From contig JBHGNT010000021.1 in the NCBI GenBank assembly GCA_043228905.1, forward strand, positions 744,001-808,000: a stretch of 64,000 nt of DNA. Reading direction: 5' to 3'. A model generated the notes under the pieces. It was not told the DNA's origin and ran no database searches. It saw only the letters and a program-made list of their open reading frames with translations. Below, piece after piece: positions 62,857 through 64,000 of the stretch. The translations under genes were made by a program, and so were the position numbers. The DNA is from Azolla caroliniana. Its lineage: Eukaryota > Plantae > Polypodiophyta. How positions within the stretch are numbered: the first letter of the stretch is position 1; every line of letters begins with the position of its first letter.

Positions 62857-63300
62857 AATGAACAATACATTATTCGAAATTATACTTTTCAAACATAGAG
62901 CTTCAATATAAGGCATTTTGCTCAATGGCATAATTTGGTGGGGTTTTACAAATTGCCTCACATTGATGATTCCCTCGAGTAATGTCAGCTACTAATAGAT
63001 TATAATTTAGAAAATGAACAATAGATTATCAAAAATATAAATTTCAAACATACATATAGCTTCCTAATATGGTAGTTTGCACAATGGCATTCTTTGGTGA
63101 GGTTTTACATATCACCTCAAGTTGAGGATTCCCACAAGTTATATAAATTGTTACAACTTACCATGTTGTAATAGAAGATGAACGATACATGATTAGAAAT
63201 ACACATTTCAAACATAGAACTTCAACATAAGGCACTTTGCACACTAACATTCTTTTATGCGGTTTTAGATTTCATCTCACATCAACGATTCCTTGAAGTA
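62857..63300. repeat. Diverged tandem repeat, about 160-bp unit x3
   Basis: ATGAAC.ATA.AT...TTTCAAACATA...TTTGC.CA...GGTTTTA...GATTCC starts near 62858, 63014 and 63178. Confidence 0.75.
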
Positions 63301-64000
63301 GTATAAGTTCTCACTCGAAGAAAGATTACTTAAATCATTTTTGAAAAAAAGAATTTGTCATAACTCATATTCAAATTCGAAATGCGCGCAATTTTGAGAT
63401 ACGAGAAATAATTAGAGACAACACAAACTTTAAGAGATCAGTTGCTTGCAGGGACATAAGTCATGATATATTTATCGAACTATGGAATAGAAACCAGTCA
63501 TGCTGAATTCTCGATGTAATAACACACTAATTATACAACTTGTGTGAGTCGAACAAAATGTCTTTTTCTTTTATATGCTTGAAAGAAAAATGCTTAGTTT
63601 GAAACTTGTACGTTTTAACAATGACCGCATGTTTACCGATCAAATATCTTGGAGTTTGTGAAATAACAAATGTGCTCCAAGTCTGCTAAATATGAAAATT
63701 GACTTATGTGATCTATACAAAAATGGCTTAGATAAAAACTTCATTGAAGGAGAGGGAGGTTCATATGAAAATGTTTGGTAACCGAAACAAACTAGGGACG
63801 CGCAAAAATATCCTTTATATTGAGTAAAGGAACCCCCGACAGTCAAAATGTGTCTAGATATGTCCTTGCCATTGGTTAGCTACGGGACAAAGTAATTAAG
63901 CTATTACATAATTACATTTTCCAAAGTCTAAGCTATATTAGGGTAGGACTTAAAATAAGGGAAATTTTAGAATAGAAAAGGACAATGAGTTGATCAGGGT

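Overview
Eukaryotic, intron-containing land-plant DNA, AT-rich with many (GA)n tracts. The retroelement and PPR content points to a non-seed plant such as a fern, which is an inference. Three intact-looking host genes lie in the first 27 kb: an 8-exon BNR/Asp-box sialidase-fold gene (+), a PAT1/SCL1-branch GRAS transcription factor with one intron (+), and a VIN3-like PHD-FNIII-VEL gene (-). The rest is a nested transposon field. It holds a Pack-MULE carrying a BOP/NPR-like BTB fragment, three decayed L1-type LINEs, two chromodomain Ty3/Gypsy (Tcn1-like) proviruses, three solo LTRs, a TG..CA element carrying a coiled-coil ORF, PPR pseudogene fragments and several local tandem duplications. The most interesting signals are in the LTR elements. 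(i) Four different LTR types carry an antisense tRNA-like Pol III A-box/B-box module in U3. (ii) The proviruses have a PBS complementary to their own predicted transcript 5' end, with a compensatory base change between copies, consistent with Tf1-type self-priming. (iii) Heat-shock-element arrays sit upstream of the LTR TATA boxes. (iv) A GTTAAAC slippery site plus a possible pseudoknot sits at the gag-pol junction. All coordinates were read by eye and no database search was run.
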